Below, piece by piece: positions 31,362 through 32,000 of a stretch of 32,000 bases of DNA; positions within the stretch are counted from its first letter, which is position 1; the number at the start of each line of letters is the position of its first letter. The position numbers were made by a program, and so were the translations under genes. The stretch is from Candidatus Nitrosopumilus koreensis AR1 (lineage in GTDB: Archaea > Thermoproteota > Nitrososphaeria > Nitrososphaerales > Nitrosopumilaceae). The notes beneath the pieces were generated by a model. It did not search any database and had not been told where the DNA came from. It saw only the letters and a list, made by a program, of their open reading frames with translations. The stretch spans positions 360,001 to 392,000 of the forward strand of contig NC_018655.1 of the NCBI RefSeq assembly GCF_000299365.1, read 5' to 3'.

Positions 31362-32000
31362 ATGAGCAAATTTACAATAGAACAAAAACATGTTTCTGAA
31401 AATAACAAAAAACACAGAATTGTTTCGTGTTTTGGTTGTTTTTCACAAATGGAAGTAAAAGAAGGTGTAATTGGATATGGTGGAGATTTTTTCCATCCAC
31501 AATGTTGGAAGGATTTTGAAAAATCTTCTACGGTAACATCTGATCTTAAAACCGGCCAAAAGAAAATTCTGATTATTGGTTTAGGTGAAATTGGATATAC
31601 TAATGCACAATACATGTCAGAAATTGGACTTTGGGTAGATGGCTATGACATTAATCCAGAAACCATGCAACGAGCACTAGATGAAAATGTAATCAAAGAA
31701 AAGGCTGAGAGTTTTTCTGGCTATGATTATTATCTAATCTGCATCTCGACACACAAACCTGAAAACATGTTTGTGCCTTATCTTGATGGTGTATATGAAA
31801 CCGCATATAGGTTACTAAAAGAAGCAAAAAATGGAGCACTATTAGGAATTGATAGTACAGTTCCACAAAACACAACCAGGAAAATCCTAGAAATTCTTAA
31901 CCATAAATTACACGTTGTTCATGTTCCACACAGATACTATAAACATGAAAAAGATGAACATGGTGTACAACAAGAACGCGTAATTGGAGCTTGTGAACAA
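31362..32000 (+). CDS. nucleotide-sugar dehydrogenase-like protein with N-terminal Cys/His zinc-finger extension (3' end outside window)
   Basis: Absent from the ORF track because no stop falls in the window. My own translation gives 213 codons. 'KKILIIGLGEIGYTNA' is a Rossmann GxGxxG, and 'CISTHKP...' and 'LLGIDSTVPQNTTRKI' fit UDP-glucose/ManNAc dehydrogenase N-domains. The N-terminal extension is 'CFGC-x19-HPQC'. Confidence 0.65.
   Translation, partial: MSKFTIEQKHVSENNKKHRIVSCFGCFSQMEVKEGVIGYGGDFFHPQCWKDFEKSSTVTSDLKTGQKKILIIGLGEIGYTNAQYMSEIGLWVDGYDINPETMQRALDENVIKEKAESFSGYDYYLICISTHKPENMFVPYLDGVYETAYRLLKEAKNGALLGIDSTVPQNTTRKILEILNHKLHVVHVPHRYYKHEKDEHGVQQERVIGACEQ

Noticed and set aside
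25778-31875. ORFs 25778..26014, 26018..26218, 27401..27625, 28215..28424, 29061..29282, 30009..30236, 30637..31044, 30659..30874, 30971..31207, 31280..31615 and 31693..31875
   Set aside because: They run antisense to, or are out of frame with, the PLD-like, surface-protein, kinase, receiver, 286-aa and sugar-dehydrogenase genes. The last two are shadows of a gene the track missed because it has no stop inside the window.
1-32000. Search for CRISPR arrays, rRNA genes, IS elements, integrases or additional tRNAs
   Set aside because: I saw no regularly spaced repeats and no transposase or integrase-like ORFs. The only tRNA-like GC-rich cloverleaf is at 24128-24204.

Overview
This is an AT-rich archaeal chromosomal segment. 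The gene content points to a Nitrosopumilus-like ammonia-oxidising thaumarchaeon, but that attribution is inferred from content and composition, not from a search. Supporting genes are archaeal r-proteins uS9/uL13/eL18/eL43/uL16, RpoD, an SBDS-Rrp4-Rrp41-Rrp42-L37Ae-Pcc1-prefoldin beta 'exosome superoperon', Nob1, EndA, CofE and an OFOR beta subunit. About three quarters of the window is tightly packed housekeeping. It includes two adjacent aconitase-family dehydratase pairs, NAD kinase, a rhodanese, a CPA2 antiporter and one tRNA-Gly(GCC). I saw no rRNA, CRISPR array, transposase or integrase. The most system-like signal lies at 26.3-32.0 kb. There, a GC-rich element (GGCACCCCGC plus 6 nt) occurs four times, each 38-40 nt upstream of a start codon. 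It links a signal-peptide/TM-anchored protein, a small wHTH regulator, a Cache-HAMP histidine kinase with a stand-alone receiver, a 286-aa wHTH-like protein and a zinc-finger-tagged nucleotide-sugar dehydrogenase. It may also link a long structured leader in front of a stand-alone PLD-like protein with degenerate catalytic residues. Other points worth a second look: an ERCC4/XPF nuclease gene split by a +1 frameshift inside an A6-T-A6 run; a Sulfolobus-type 7Fe ferredoxin domain fused to a ~225-aa unknown N-terminal domain; a processive (QxxRW) GT2 synthase with an extra TM-ectodomain-TM tail, convergent with a 507-aa repeat-containing coiled-coil protein; and a candidate leaderless 35-codon C2H2-like sORF preceded by a perfect 11-bp-arm palindrome. 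All functional calls rest on motifs read by eye from the translations. No database search was possible.
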